Position numbers and translations under genes: made by a program. A DNA stretch of 64,000 bases from the IMG/VR virus record IMGVR_UViG_3300044643_000612, positions 20,338 through 84,337 of that record; one strand, 5' to 3'. Of the stretch, positions 50,653 through 60,734 are shown one piece after another. This stretch comes from a virus. The notes below the pieces were generated by a model. The model searched no databases and had not been told where the DNA came from. It worked only from the letters and a program-made list of their open reading frames with translations. The stretch's first letter is position 1, and each line of letters starts with the position of its first letter.

Positions 50653-53495
50653 TGAACCCTGCCGAGTTCCTGACCCATCTCCAGTCCGAGGAAGGCTGGT
50701 TCGCCGTAGTCGGCATCAGGTCAGGCGACGTCAAGCAGACGCTTGTAGCTACGCTGGAAGAAGCAGAAGAGACCATTGGTTGGTATGCTTCCCAGCAGCG
50801 TGACGTTTACTTCGGAGTAGCCAAATATAAGAACGGCTCAAGCCGCACGAAGGAAAACGTCCGCACCCTCAAAGCGTTCTGGTTGGACATCGACTGTGGC
50901 CCAACAAAGGCAGTGCCCGACCCATCGACGGGGAGGCCCGGCGGTTATCTTGACCAGTCCGAGGCCCTCTCTGCCCTTCGGTCGTTCTGCCGTACAGTGG
51001 GCCTGCCCCGACCGACTATTATCGACTCAGGCCGTGGACTGCACGTCTACTGGCCCCTTAAGGAGGAAGTGACCCGCGCAGACTGGGAACCCGTGGCCTC
51101 GCGCCTGCGGGAAATCTGCCACGCTCAGGAGTTCTATGTAGACGACAAGGTCTTCGAAGTGGCGCGCATCCTGCGTGTGCCGGGGACCTACAACTACAAG
51201 GGCGACGAACCTATCCCGGTCAAAGTCCTTAACACTGGGGAGCCTACCTCCTACGAAGATTTCCAGAAGCTTCTTGGGGTCGACACAACACGTAAGGCTA
51301 GCATTTTTGACCCCAACTGGACTGCGTCTCCGCAGGACGAAGCGCGTATGCGCGGCGTCGGTTATAGCTTCCGGCGGATAATGCAGCGTACTGCTCGGGG
51401 TGAAGGCTGCAACCAGCTCAGCCACGCCTACGCTAACCGCTCGACGATTAGCTACTACGAGTGGTTCTACGCTCTGTCGGTTGCTGCGCTCTGTGAGGAC
51501 GCGGATACCGCTACCCATATGATGTCTGAGGGGTACCCCGGATACGACCGGGACACGGTGGACAAGAAGGTAGCCACCATCCGGAAGTCCACCAGCTGCG
51601 CCAAGTTCCGGGAAGCTAACCCCGGCTTGTGCGAGGGCTGCCCCCACTTCGGGGAAATCCTAGGCCCGCGTGACCTCGGTAAGGTTGCCAAGGAAGCTAA
51701 GTCCGACACGGTTGTCGTGGAAGACGAAGACGGGGAGCCTATCGAGACCTACGTCATACCTCCCTACCCACAGCCCTATTACCGGGCGGAAGGCGGCGGC
51801 ATCTGGAAAATGCCGCCCAAGGACGAGCCGGAAGCGGAGCCTATCTGCATCTACGAGAACGACATCTACCTCGTGAAGCGGATGATGGATACGGACCCGG
51901 AAGACGGTCAAAAGATGGAAGTGGTGCTTATCCGCCTCCACCTAGCGCAAGACGGGGTGCGGGAGTTTACCGTTCCCTTCAACAAGCTCACCGACGTCAA
52001 GACGATGCGGAAAGTCCTGACCGGTAAGGGGGTGGGCCTGATCGGCGGGGCGATGGACAGGCTGATGGACTACCTCGTGAAATCCTTCAACGAGATGCAA
52101 AAGGCGAGAAAGGCAGAGATCATGCGCCAACAGTTCGGATGGGTGGCGAACAACAGCCGCTTCGTCATCGGGGATCAAGAAATCACAGCGGACGGCAACC
52201 TCTACTCGCCTCCCTCCAAGGTAACGGCCAAGCTGTCTAAGTTCATCGGTCCCACGGGGTCGCTCGACAAGTGGAAGGAAGTCGCGGCCCTCTACGGCCA
52301 GCCCGGTATGGAGCCTCACGCGTTCGCCGCGCTCAGTGCATTTGGTGCCCCGCTCCTGCGGTTCCTCAACCAGACGGGAGCTGTCATCAACCTCTATAGC
52401 CCGCGCTCGGGTACGGGTAAGACCACGATCCTGAACTTCATCAACAGCGTCTACGGGCACCCCAAGGAACTGCGGATGAAGAAGGACGACACCATCAACG
52501 GTCGTCTGATGTGGGTGGGTATCCTGAACAACCTGCCTGCTACCATGGACGAGCTTACCAACATGTCGTCCAAGGAGTTTTCTGACTTCCTGTACGCCCT
52601 GTCGAACGGCAAGGGGAAGGAGCGGATGCAAGCCTCGACCAACGAGCTGCGGGAGAACAACACCACTTGGCAGACCATCACGGTCTCGACGTCGAACGCG
52701 GCCTTTGCGGAGAAACTCTCCGTCCTGAAGGGTAACCCGGAGGGGGAGCTCATGCGTCTCTTTGAGTACCCCATCGACCTTGTGGAGACCCCCGACACCG
52801 CTAACACCAAGCAGCTCTTCGACCGCATTCTGATGGAGAACTACGGCCACGCCGGACCCATTTTCATCCGCTACATCGTGTCCAACTTGGAGCTCGTCAT
52901 GAAGTGGTGCGAGCAGATACAGGCCAAGATCGACTACGAAGTTCGGCTGGAACCCAAGGAGCGCTTCTGGTCTGCGAACGTCGCGGTGAACATCGTCGGG
53001 GGGCTTATCGCCAAGCGGCTGGGTCTAATCGACTGGGATATAGACGCCATCTACCAATGGGCCTGCCAACGCGTGACTGAGTTGCGCAAGGACACCAGTG
53101 CCCCTCTGAGCGGCATCGACCAGATTGTCGGGGACTACCTCTATCGCAACATGCAGAACATCCTCGTCGTTGACGGGTTGGCTGACCGCCGAAGTGGTAT
53201 GCAGCCGCTGCCTAAGCGGGAGCCCAAGGGGAACCTGACTGTGCGTATCGAACCCGATACCAAGCTGATCTACCTCGCGGCCAAGCCGTTCAAGGAGTTT
53301 TGCGTAGAGTTCCAAGTGAACTACACCGATACGGTCCGCCAGCTGTCGGAGAGGGGCCTGCTGGTAAACCGCGCCCTCAAGCGCCTCGCCACGGGGACAA
53401 ACGTCAGCGCCCCGCCCGTCCACTGCCTATGCCTCAAAGCGGAGGAAGACTTCGTGAGCGTAGAGAGCTATTTCGAGCCGGAAGATGCGGATTGA
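50652..53495 (+). CDS. Primase-helicase (AEP-type primase, DUF927, P-loop ATPase)
   Basis: WLDID, SGRGLHVYW and RILRVPGT (primase), CEGCPH, QFGW (DUF927) and SGTGKT Walker A. Confidence 0.85.
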   Translation: MNPAEFLTHLQSEEGWFAVVGIRSGDVKQTLVATLEEAEETIGWYASQQRDVYFGVAKYKNGSSRTKENVRTLKAFWLDIDCGPTKAVPDPSTGRPGGYLDQSEALSALRSFCRTVGLPRPTIIDSGRGLHVYWPLKEEVTRADWEPVASRLREICHAQEFYVDDKVFEVARILRVPGTYNYKGDEPIPVKVLNTGEPTSYEDFQKLLGVDTTRKASIFDPNWTASPQDEARMRGVGYSFRRIMQRTARGEGCNQLSHAYANRSTISYYEWFYALSVAALCEDADTATHMMSEGYPGYDRDTVDKKVATIRKSTSCAKFREANPGLCEGCPHFGEILGPRDLGKVAKEAKSDTVVVEDEDGEPIETYVIPPYPQPYYRAEGGGIWKMPPKDEPEAEPICIYENDIYLVKRMMDTDPEDGQKMEVVLIRLHLAQDGVREFTVPFNKLTDVKTMRKVLTGKGVGLIGGAMDRLMDYLVKSFNEMQKARKAEIMRQQFGWVANNSRFVIGDQEITADGNLYSPPSKVTAKLSKFIGPTGSLDKWKEVAALYGQPGMEPHAFAALSAFGAPLLRFLNQTGAVINLYSPRSGTGKTTILNFINSVYGHPKELRMKKDDTINGRLMWVGILNNLPATMDELTNMSSKEFSDFLYALSNGKGKERMQASTNELRENNTTWQTITVSTSNAAFAEKLSVLKGNPEGELMRLFEYPIDLVETPDTANTKQLFDRILMENYGHAGPIFIRYIVSNLELVMKWCEQIQAKIDYEVRLEPKERFWSANVAVNIVGGLIAKRLGLIDWDIDAIYQWACQRVTELRKDTSAPLSGIDQIVGDYLYRNMQNILVVDGLADRRSGMQPLPKREPKGNLTVRIEPDTKLIYLAAKPFKEFCVEFQVNYTDTVRQLSERGLLVNRALKRLATGTNVSAPPVHCLCLKAEEDFVSVESYFEPEDAD

Positions 53496-53679
53496 CGGCG
53501 TCAGCTATGAGCTCGACTGGCGGGATTTCAAGCCCGGGATGTCTTTCTTCGTCCCGTGTCTTGACCCCGAAAGGGCCAGAGCGAGCATAACGCAAACCAC
53601 ATCCCGACTGGGCGTGAACGTCCTTACGAAAGTTTTGATCTCAGAAGGTGTCAGGGGTTTACGCGTCTGGCGGATGTGA
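53485..53679 (+). CDS. Small conserved hypothetical protein
   Basis: W..FKPGMSFFVPCLD...GLRVWR motif. Follows the primase. Confidence 0.65.
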   Translation: MRIDGVSYELDWRDFKPGMSFFVPCLDPERARASITQTTSRLGVNVLTKVLISEGVRGLRVWRM

Positions 53680-53728
53680 TAGGCTCCGAGTCGGAAGTTT
53701 GCTCCTTCCCCGCGCACGCGAATGCGCC

Positions 53729-53776
53729 GCCCCCATCGCGGTTTTTGCTCCCTCTTGCCGCGATGGGGGCTTTTTT
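53729..53776 (+). terminator. Intrinsic terminator at the convergence of replication and virion genes
   Basis: 13-bp stem GCCCCCATCGCGG/CCGCGATGGGGGC followed by TTTTTT. Confidence 0.7.
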
Positions 53777-56700
53777 ATTGGGCCTCTTCTACCCGGCGAG
53801 CCCCGACGTAGACGTTCAGGGGGTTCTTGGGATCGAGGGTAAGCCCCTTGATAGCCCCAGCCTGCTCTTCCGCCTTCCGCGTTGCCGCTTCGCCTAGCGT
53901 GTCCAGCCCGATGGCGTACAGCGGGTTCTCGGTGTTGAACTCCGTGATGTCATCCATGATCTTGGCGAAGGCGTCGCCGTTTTGACCATCAGTGGAGTTG
54001 TAGCGCGTCTGGGCTGCGACATATTGCCGCACAAGCAGGGTTGCCTTCGCGTCGATCTTCTTACTGATACCCTTAAGCTCGACGTTCTCGCGCTGCGCTT
54101 GGTACGCTTCCGTGCTGCCGAAGCCAGCCGTTTGCGCCGACAGCTTGGCGAAGCTGTAGAACTCCGGAGGCATGACGGGGACGCCGCTCTTGGTTACCAG
54201 ACCTTCGCGGTCAAGGCGCTGGGCCGTGATAGCTCCACGAAAGAACGCAGGCACAACGTACTCAGCTGCTCGTGCTCCGTCTCCTTGTTGCATGTAGTCC
54301 ACCGCAGTGGCTGCGTTACGTACAAGTCCTCCGGCAGGGCCTAGCAGGGTGTTAAAGAAAGCCTCTTGCGTCTTACCCAGAAGCGTGTCGGACCGCAGGT
54401 CTTGGGAGAACCACAGGCTGCTGATCGACGTTGAAGGCTGAATGCTCAGGTCTGTCAGGGCTCCGACCGGCCCAAACTCCCACATCCGGGCGAGCATGGC
54501 GGCGTCTTCTGGGGACAGGCCAAGGCTCTGCGCAACGCCGCTACCTGCGCCAAACATCTCGGGGATGAAGTAGCTACGGAACCAAGTGTCGAGGTCTACC
54601 CCGCTCAGGGCGCTCGTCGGGTCGTCATCCTCATCCCCAGTGGCTTCCTTCCACGCGCCAAGTGCCGCTTGGGCAACAGCCGCCGTGGACATGTAGATAA
54701 GCCCCATACCCGGCACACCCGCGACCATCCCAGTCATCAGCATTGTACCGAAGAACTTATTGGCAGCTTCCTTGCGCTCCGCCTTCTCGTTAAGCATCGG
54801 CATCATACCGAGGAAGTTTCGCACCAGATACGACGTCATCTGCATGGGGAACATCTGGAACTGGAACGGAATACGCCACAGGCCCTGCTTCGCGATCCTC
54901 GGACGGTTGTAGTATGTGTAGTTGAAAAGCGCTTCGTTAGTGAGCTCCGCAGCTTCTTTAGACGCAGCCTCCACAGCGGCATCGGGGCGCATACCCGAGG
55001 CCAGTTTCTTGTCGTAGGCCAGCTCGAACGACGCCATGAACATGAGCTCGCGGGACGCCCGCTCTGTCATCTGGAACGCCGCACCCATGAAATTAAACGT
55101 AGACCGGACGCCCTGTGAAAGGGCGGAAGCGTAGCGGCCCTGCTTGAGGGCTTGCCCGACGCCAAACTCGGTCGTGGACTCTCGGGTACGGTCGTTCAGG
55201 TCCCCGGAGAAAGTGGACATGAAGATGTTGCGGATGTTGGCGTAGTTCCACGCTTGGAGCATGGCAGCATGGCGCACCGGGTCTGACGCCTCAAGGTCTT
55301 TGATGTACCGGGATTCCCGCATGGAGATGTCGCCCGTTCGGGTAATAACTTCGCCGTCGCGGTCTTTGTGGGTGAAGGAGAACTGCTTGAGGGTAAGGAA
55401 GTTCCCCATGTACTTGTTCATCATCCCGATGGACTTGGCTGCGCCAAACCTTCCGGACAGGACAGGCATTCCCACCAGCGGGAGCTGGGTAAGCTGAATG
55501 ATAGCCGTCTTGGGCGAGGTCATCATCATGATGAACACGGTCTTGGTCCCCAGCGCGCCGAGCTTGTCCCAGTCGATCTCGCCCGCCTTCGAGTAGTTGG
55601 GGGTGATTTCCTCAATCGCCCGAAGCTTAAGCTCCTTCACAATGGGTTCCAGAAGCTCAATATTGGGCAGGCGCTCCACGGGAGCATCGTCACCTTCATC
55701 AGTACTGCGAGACTTTAGCAGGTCTTCCAGTTGGCTTACAGCGGCCCTGATTTTATATCCGTTACCCAGCCGGGCCAGCTGGCTGGCAGCTGCGTTCTGA
55801 GAGACCACAAAATTGCGTAGCGCGTCTGTACTCCAGCCAGTCTTGTACTTCACCGTCAGGAACCGGCGGCGCATGTCCCCTTCCGGCAGCGTCTGTAGGT
55901 ACATCTGGAAGATGCTGTCCTTGAAAGCGTCCACGTCGGGGATGCCGTTATCCAGCATGCCCAGCACAGAGTTCAGCGCCGCAGACGCGCTCTTTTCTTC
56001 AACCATCCGGCTGCGGAGGCCCGTAAGATCATTACCGATGTTCACCTCGCGGCGGTCTTTCGCATCGCGCAGCTCACGCTCTCGCTGGATTTGGAACAGG
56101 TTCCTCTGGGTCTCGCTCTCGAAGAGGTAAAACTCGCTCTTCTCTCCTGTACCCACGGACACCCAGAACCGCCCATGCCGCATGAAGGGGAAGTAGACCG
56201 TACGGGCGAACGCCGGAGCGAACATCTCGTCGATCTGGCTCATAACCTCGGCGCGACGCTCCTCCGTGCGGTGCGAAGCCTCCACCCACTGCTTGATAAG
56301 GTCGTAGTGCCTATCAAGCGAACCCTTGTACGCGTCCTTGACCATGGCAAAGATGCGCTTACCTTCCCCACCGCCAAACTCAGCCTTGGCTAGGTCGTTC
56401 CAGCCGCCGATGACCTCGTGCTCGGCAGTGTTGGCTCCTTGGTAGACGCGCCTGATCTCTTCTTCCCGCTCGGCAATTGCCGCCCGGTCCGGGTTCGGGT
56501 TAGACCGGAGAGACTGAAGTGCCTCGTCAACCGCCATATAGGCCCGGGCACTGGGTGCGCGCGTAGGGTCAACGTCGTAACGCACCGACATCGCCATGAC
56601 GTCAGCGAGAAGCTGACCGCCAGCTTCGGATTTCTTGTTGAACGCGTCCCACTTGCGCACGTGCTCTTCTAGTAGCTGAAGGGCACCGATCCGGTCCGTG

Positions 56701-59700
56701 GCAACCTGCTCTACGGCGCTGTTGACCCGCTTTACGTCCAGACCCAGTCGCTTGGCGATTACCGTGAGGTCGTCCGTCGTCAGCGCGCGCACCACAGTGC
56801 GCATACCCTTGCCCGTAAGCGAGCGCCAGACCGCAGTCAGGGTATCGAGCCCCTGCTGCCGGTTGTGGAAGGTAGCTGCCAGACCCCCCGCACCATTAGC
56901 CATCTCGGATGCGCTGCGCGACAGGCGCACGCGCTCTTCAAACTCGCCACCCTTAGAGCGCTGCTGGCTAATGTCTCGCAGGATTCGGTCGATCTCGTCG
57001 TCGCCCAGAAGCGCTTCGGCGTCTGCTTCCACCTCAGTCCGGTTCGCCATCTGGGGCCTGCCGCTGATAAGGTCGAGTACGTCCCTGCTCCGGAACTTGC
57101 CGTCGCTCTTCGCAAGGCTATCCAGCGCCCGAACCACAGGGTTGTCCTTACCCGTCAACCTGTCCGCGATATCCCGGAAGAACTTTACCGCCTTCTGAAG
57201 CAGGGTGAGCTGCTCCGGCGTGAACCCATCCTTGAACCGCTGCTGTAGGATCGACGTGGCGTTGACCGCCCAAAACTCAGACGGGTTAATGTACTGATAG
57301 TAGTCAAACGGGACGTCGCCCTTCGCCCACATTTGGGAGGCTTTCTGCCTAGCATCGCGTGTCCGTGCCCGCGCCAGCTGGAGAAACTCCTTGCTCGGGG
57401 CGTCAGAAACGCTAGCGAGAAGCGCATTGACCTGCTTAAGCCACTGAGCGCGGATCGCAGACTGGAGCCCGGGGGTCAGTACCCGCTCCATACCATGCAG
57501 TAGCTCGTGGACGAGCAGAGTATCCCGGATGTCTTCGCGGTCTGTAGCGGTGGGGTTTTCTACATAGTGACGGATAACGTCGCCATACAAACGGACGATG
57601 TGTTCTTTGGGGTCGTATACGCCCAGTGGCAGGTTCTTGGTACCGTCTACCAGACCGGTGCCTTCCTGAAGCTCCAGCTTGACTGTATTTAGAACGGGCA
57701 ACACGTTGTTTACCCAGGTCGTGAAGGCGTTGGCGTACTCCGTCGTGAGCGCCCCTCGGGCGGACTCTGCCTTGATGGGTTGGGGAGGCCCCTGCCGCGC
57801 TTCCTGCTTCGCGCCTACCGCCCGCTTCGTCGGGCCGTAGAGGACAAACGGCTCTTTGTTCGCCTTCTTCCGGGCGAGGAAGCGCTCCAGAAACTCGGGC
57901 GACAGGTACTCTGCCGCCTTCAGCGCGTCATTGAGCATCTGGACTTGCTCGGGCGTGGCCTTACTCAGCGACTTGCGGCCCATGACCGCGCGCTTGATGG
58001 CCGCTGCGTGCTTAGGTGCACGTGCCTCTAGGTCTGGCGCAGCAGGCGCAGTACCGGCTTCGGCCTCCTTCGCCGCCAGAGCCTCCTTCTTGGTGTAGAG
58101 CGGCTTGCGCTTCGTAACTTCCTTAGTCGCGCCTTCCCTCGTTATGGCAGAGACTTCCCGCTGGCGGTCAGCAAACTTGAGCTCACGCTCCGCGACAGCC
58201 ATGACCTGATTACGACGAGCTGCCACATGGTCAGCGATACGCTGGAGAAACTGGGTGTCTCCCACTAGCGTCTTACCCTGTAGCTTCTTCGTCGTGCCCC
58301 CAGTTGGCACCAGTGGATTATCGACGTCTCTGTTGGCCTCACCGTAGTTAGCAAGGGAAGCCGAGTCGTAAAGGTCGTCCTCGACGCGGTACTCGAACCC
58401 CCCGTCTGGGGCCTCGTCGGCGTAGAGCTTGATTTGGGTGCCGTCGTTCAACGTCACCGGGAAGAACCAGCTAGCCGAGTTAGCCTCGTCTGCCGTATTC
58501 GCCTTACTCTCCTGTAGGGAAGGCTCGATTTGATCGACAGTTAGCGGCGCGTCTCCGCGCTGCGCCTGAACGGCAGCGATGTTCTTGGCGTCTTCGATAA
58601 GGCCGGGCGTACTCGTGCCACGATCAAACACCTCTACCGACTCCGGGGCCTCTCCCAGTCGGCGGGTGAAGTCGTTCACCAGCTGGGTCTCTTGGTCAAT
58701 TTCGGTCGGGGGTGCCGGGCGTGGGGTAGGCTCAAGCAAGGGCTCCGCAGGCACCGACTGGTCGTAGGAAAGCACCTCATACGGAGGCAGTTCCGCGTTG
58801 GGGCCGGGAGTGGGCGGAGGGGCAGAAACAGGAGCCACAGGCTCGGGGGGAGCAATTTCCTCCACCGGCGCAGGCTGGATAGGCTCTGGAGCAGGAGCAG
58901 TAACCTCGGGCGGAGGAGCCGCTACAGGCGGAGGAGCAGGCGGAGCGGCAGGAGCCGGGGCGGGCGCAGCCGTGGGCGCAAGCGGGGTCTCTACCGTAGC
59001 AGCTTTGGCCTGTTCGAGACTGGGTACGATCTTCGGGGGAGCCACGGGTGCGGTAGGGGCGACCTCCGGTGCAAGGTCCATGGGCTGGCCCACGTACGCC
59101 TTCAGCTCCGTGACCGGGTCAAACTCAAGGCCCTTGGCGGCTTTTTGCGCAAGCTGGCGAGCCAGAGGGGCAAGCTTAGTGCCCTCGGGGATTTCAACGC
59201 CCATCTCGGATGCGAGTTCAGGAAGCGTAGCCTTCCACTGGGCCACGCGCTCCTTCATCGGCATCTTGACCTTGGGGGTCAGTGCACCGGGTTGTTCTGC
59301 TTCTCCAGCAACAGGAGGGACAACAGCAGGCTCAACATCTGCCACTGGTCCAAGGTCAGGGACTCCGCCCATGGTGGGAGCTTGTCCCGGGGTACCTCCT
59401 CCAACAGGAACTGAAACGCCTGCTCCACTTGGAGCGCTGACATCCACTCCAGCTCCGACATCTGTGGGTGGAGCTCCTTCCTCAGTAGGCTCAGTGGTAG
59501 CATTAGCACGCTCCCATACATTAGAAGCGGCCTCGGCCAACATCTCGTTTCGGCGGGTCATAACCTCCGCGCGAGCTTCTTCAGGAGTGAACTGGGGGTT
59601 CTCCGCCTGAACGGTAGCCAGATTGGATTCGAAGATACGCTGGAACTCTTCCCGGGTCTGGGCACGAGCCTCTTCAGGAGAAAGCCCCATAGCGGTGGCG

Positions 59701-60725
59701 GTTGCGCCCGTGGCGGGCGGCTCTACCTTTCGCTCAAACTGGGCACCAACAGCACCCACGGGAGCGCCGACGAGACCGGCGGTCAGCCCCGATACCAGAT
59801 ATTCCTTGCGGGCCTCCTCGTCAGCCAAAGGCAGCTCAGCCGCAAAACGCTCACCCACTTGCTGGAGCGGTTCGGTGATGGCTTCTTCCGCTGCGCCCTT
59901 GACCGCACCCTTAGCGGTCTGCGTCAGGAAGGTCTGGACAGGCTTCGACGCAGCCTTGGTAGCAGCCTCACCAACAACCTTCTTAACCGGGGCACCAAAC
60001 ACGCGACCCAGACCGGGGACGAAGCGCTCAGCAACGGTCTCGACGCCTGCCTGTACCGGCGCAACTGCAACGCTCTTGGCGGCTTCGCTTTTGGTTAGTT
60101 TCTCCGTGCCACCCTCCGTGGCGCGGTCCACGTTCGACCCGACGAAGAACGGAGTAGAGGCCACAGTGCCCCCAAGGACACCAGCGACACCCCCGGCAAC
60201 AGTGCCTGCGCCCGGAGCAACAACTGTACCCGCAGCAGCACCAGCAAGACCGCCGACAATGCTAGCCCCCATCTGGGGAGCGGACACAGCGAGGTTTTCC
60301 AGCAGAAGTGCACCAAGACCCGCGTTGCCTTGAGCAAGGTCTTCGATGGACGGAGCGCCACCGGGCAGTTGCTCTTCGGCCTTATCGCGCGCTGCGCGTA
60401 GCCTCCGGAGGTAGTCTTCTTCCTCGTCCGGCGTCAGCGTGCCAGCCAGCTTCTCGATAGCGTACGGCAGTCCCGCCGTAAGCTGACTACCCGCAAGCGT
60501 CATACCCGCGCCGAGTGCGTCCCGCTTACCCGGCTTCTTGTCCGTCGCGCCCGGGGTGGGGGTGGTAGAGATTGGGACCCAGGTATCCCCGGCGAGGAAA
60601 AACTGCTCCCCCGTTTTCGGGTTAGCCGCAAGCGTACCCTTTGACATGGGGTACCACGTCCCGCCAACCTGCATAAACCGCTCACCGGTCTTCGGGTTGA
60701 GGGCAATAGGCCGGACATTAGCCAT
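53775..60725 (-). CDS. Very large internal virion / ejection protein with a zincin-like motif
   Basis: 2316 aa. Gly/Ala-rich N-terminus, Pro-rich linker, VHELLH...PSEFWA motif and long helical C-terminus. Confidence 0.7.
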   Translation of the reverse strand: MANVRPIALNPKTGERFMQVGGTWYPMSKGTLAANPKTGEQFFLAGDTWVPISTTPTPGATDKKPGKRDALGAGMTLAGSQLTAGLPYAIEKLAGTLTPDEEEDYLRRLRAARDKAEEQLPGGAPSIEDLAQGNAGLGALLLENLAVSAPQMGASIVGGLAGAAAGTVVAPGAGTVAGGVAGVLGGTVASTPFFVGSNVDRATEGGTEKLTKSEAAKSVAVAPVQAGVETVAERFVPGLGRVFGAPVKKVVGEAATKAASKPVQTFLTQTAKGAVKGAAEEAITEPLQQVGERFAAELPLADEEARKEYLVSGLTAGLVGAPVGAVGAQFERKVEPPATGATATAMGLSPEEARAQTREEFQRIFESNLATVQAENPQFTPEEARAEVMTRRNEMLAEAASNVWERANATTEPTEEGAPPTDVGAGVDVSAPSGAGVSVPVGGGTPGQAPTMGGVPDLGPVADVEPAVVPPVAGEAEQPGALTPKVKMPMKERVAQWKATLPELASEMGVEIPEGTKLAPLARQLAQKAAKGLEFDPVTELKAYVGQPMDLAPEVAPTAPVAPPKIVPSLEQAKAATVETPLAPTAAPAPAPAAPPAPPPVAAPPPEVTAPAPEPIQPAPVEEIAPPEPVAPVSAPPPTPGPNAELPPYEVLSYDQSVPAEPLLEPTPRPAPPTEIDQETQLVNDFTRRLGEAPESVEVFDRGTSTPGLIEDAKNIAAVQAQRGDAPLTVDQIEPSLQESKANTADEANSASWFFPVTLNDGTQIKLYADEAPDGGFEYRVEDDLYDSASLANYGEANRDVDNPLVPTGGTTKKLQGKTLVGDTQFLQRIADHVAARRNQVMAVAERELKFADRQREVSAITREGATKEVTKRKPLYTKKEALAAKEAEAGTAPAAPDLEARAPKHAAAIKRAVMGRKSLSKATPEQVQMLNDALKAAEYLSPEFLERFLARKKANKEPFVLYGPTKRAVGAKQEARQGPPQPIKAESARGALTTEYANAFTTWVNNVLPVLNTVKLELQEGTGLVDGTKNLPLGVYDPKEHIVRLYGDVIRHYVENPTATDREDIRDTLLVHELLHGMERVLTPGLQSAIRAQWLKQVNALLASVSDAPSKEFLQLARARTRDARQKASQMWAKGDVPFDYYQYINPSEFWAVNATSILQQRFKDGFTPEQLTLLQKAVKFFRDIADRLTGKDNPVVRALDSLAKSDGKFRSRDVLDLISGRPQMANRTEVEADAEALLGDDEIDRILRDISQQRSKGGEFEERVRLSRSASEMANGAGGLAATFHNRQQGLDTLTAVWRSLTGKGMRTVVRALTTDDLTVIAKRLGLDVKRVNSAVEQVATDRIGALQLLEEHVRKWDAFNKKSEAGGQLLADVMAMSVRYDVDPTRAPSARAYMAVDEALQSLRSNPNPDRAAIAEREEEIRRVYQGANTAEHEVIGGWNDLAKAEFGGGEGKRIFAMVKDAYKGSLDRHYDLIKQWVEASHRTEERRAEVMSQIDEMFAPAFARTVYFPFMRHGRFWVSVGTGEKSEFYLFESETQRNLFQIQRERELRDAKDRREVNIGNDLTGLRSRMVEEKSASAALNSVLGMLDNGIPDVDAFKDSIFQMYLQTLPEGDMRRRFLTVKYKTGWSTDALRNFVVSQNAAASQLARLGNGYKIRAAVSQLEDLLKSRSTDEGDDAPVERLPNIELLEPIVKELKLRAIEEITPNYSKAGEIDWDKLGALGTKTVFIMMMTSPKTAIIQLTQLPLVGMPVLSGRFGAAKSIGMMNKYMGNFLTLKQFSFTHKDRDGEVITRTGDISMRESRYIKDLEASDPVRHAAMLQAWNYANIRNIFMSTFSGDLNDRTRESTTEFGVGQALKQGRYASALSQGVRSTFNFMGAAFQMTERASRELMFMASFELAYDKKLASGMRPDAAVEAASKEAAELTNEALFNYTYYNRPRIAKQGLWRIPFQFQMFPMQMTSYLVRNFLGMMPMLNEKAERKEAANKFFGTMLMTGMVAGVPGMGLIYMSTAAVAQAALGAWKEATGDEDDDPTSALSGVDLDTWFRSYFIPEMFGAGSGVAQSLGLSPEDAAMLARMWEFGPVGALTDLSIQPSTSISSLWFSQDLRSDTLLGKTQEAFFNTLLGPAGGLVRNAATAVDYMQQGDGARAAEYVVPAFFRGAITAQRLDREGLVTKSGVPVMPPEFYSFAKLSAQTAGFGSTEAYQAQRENVELKGISKKIDAKATLLVRQYVAAQTRYNSTDGQNGDAFAKIMDDITEFNTENPLYAIGLDTLGEAATRKAEEQAGAIKGLTLDPKNPLNVYVGARRVEEAQ

Positions 60726-60734
60726 GGCTTATCC

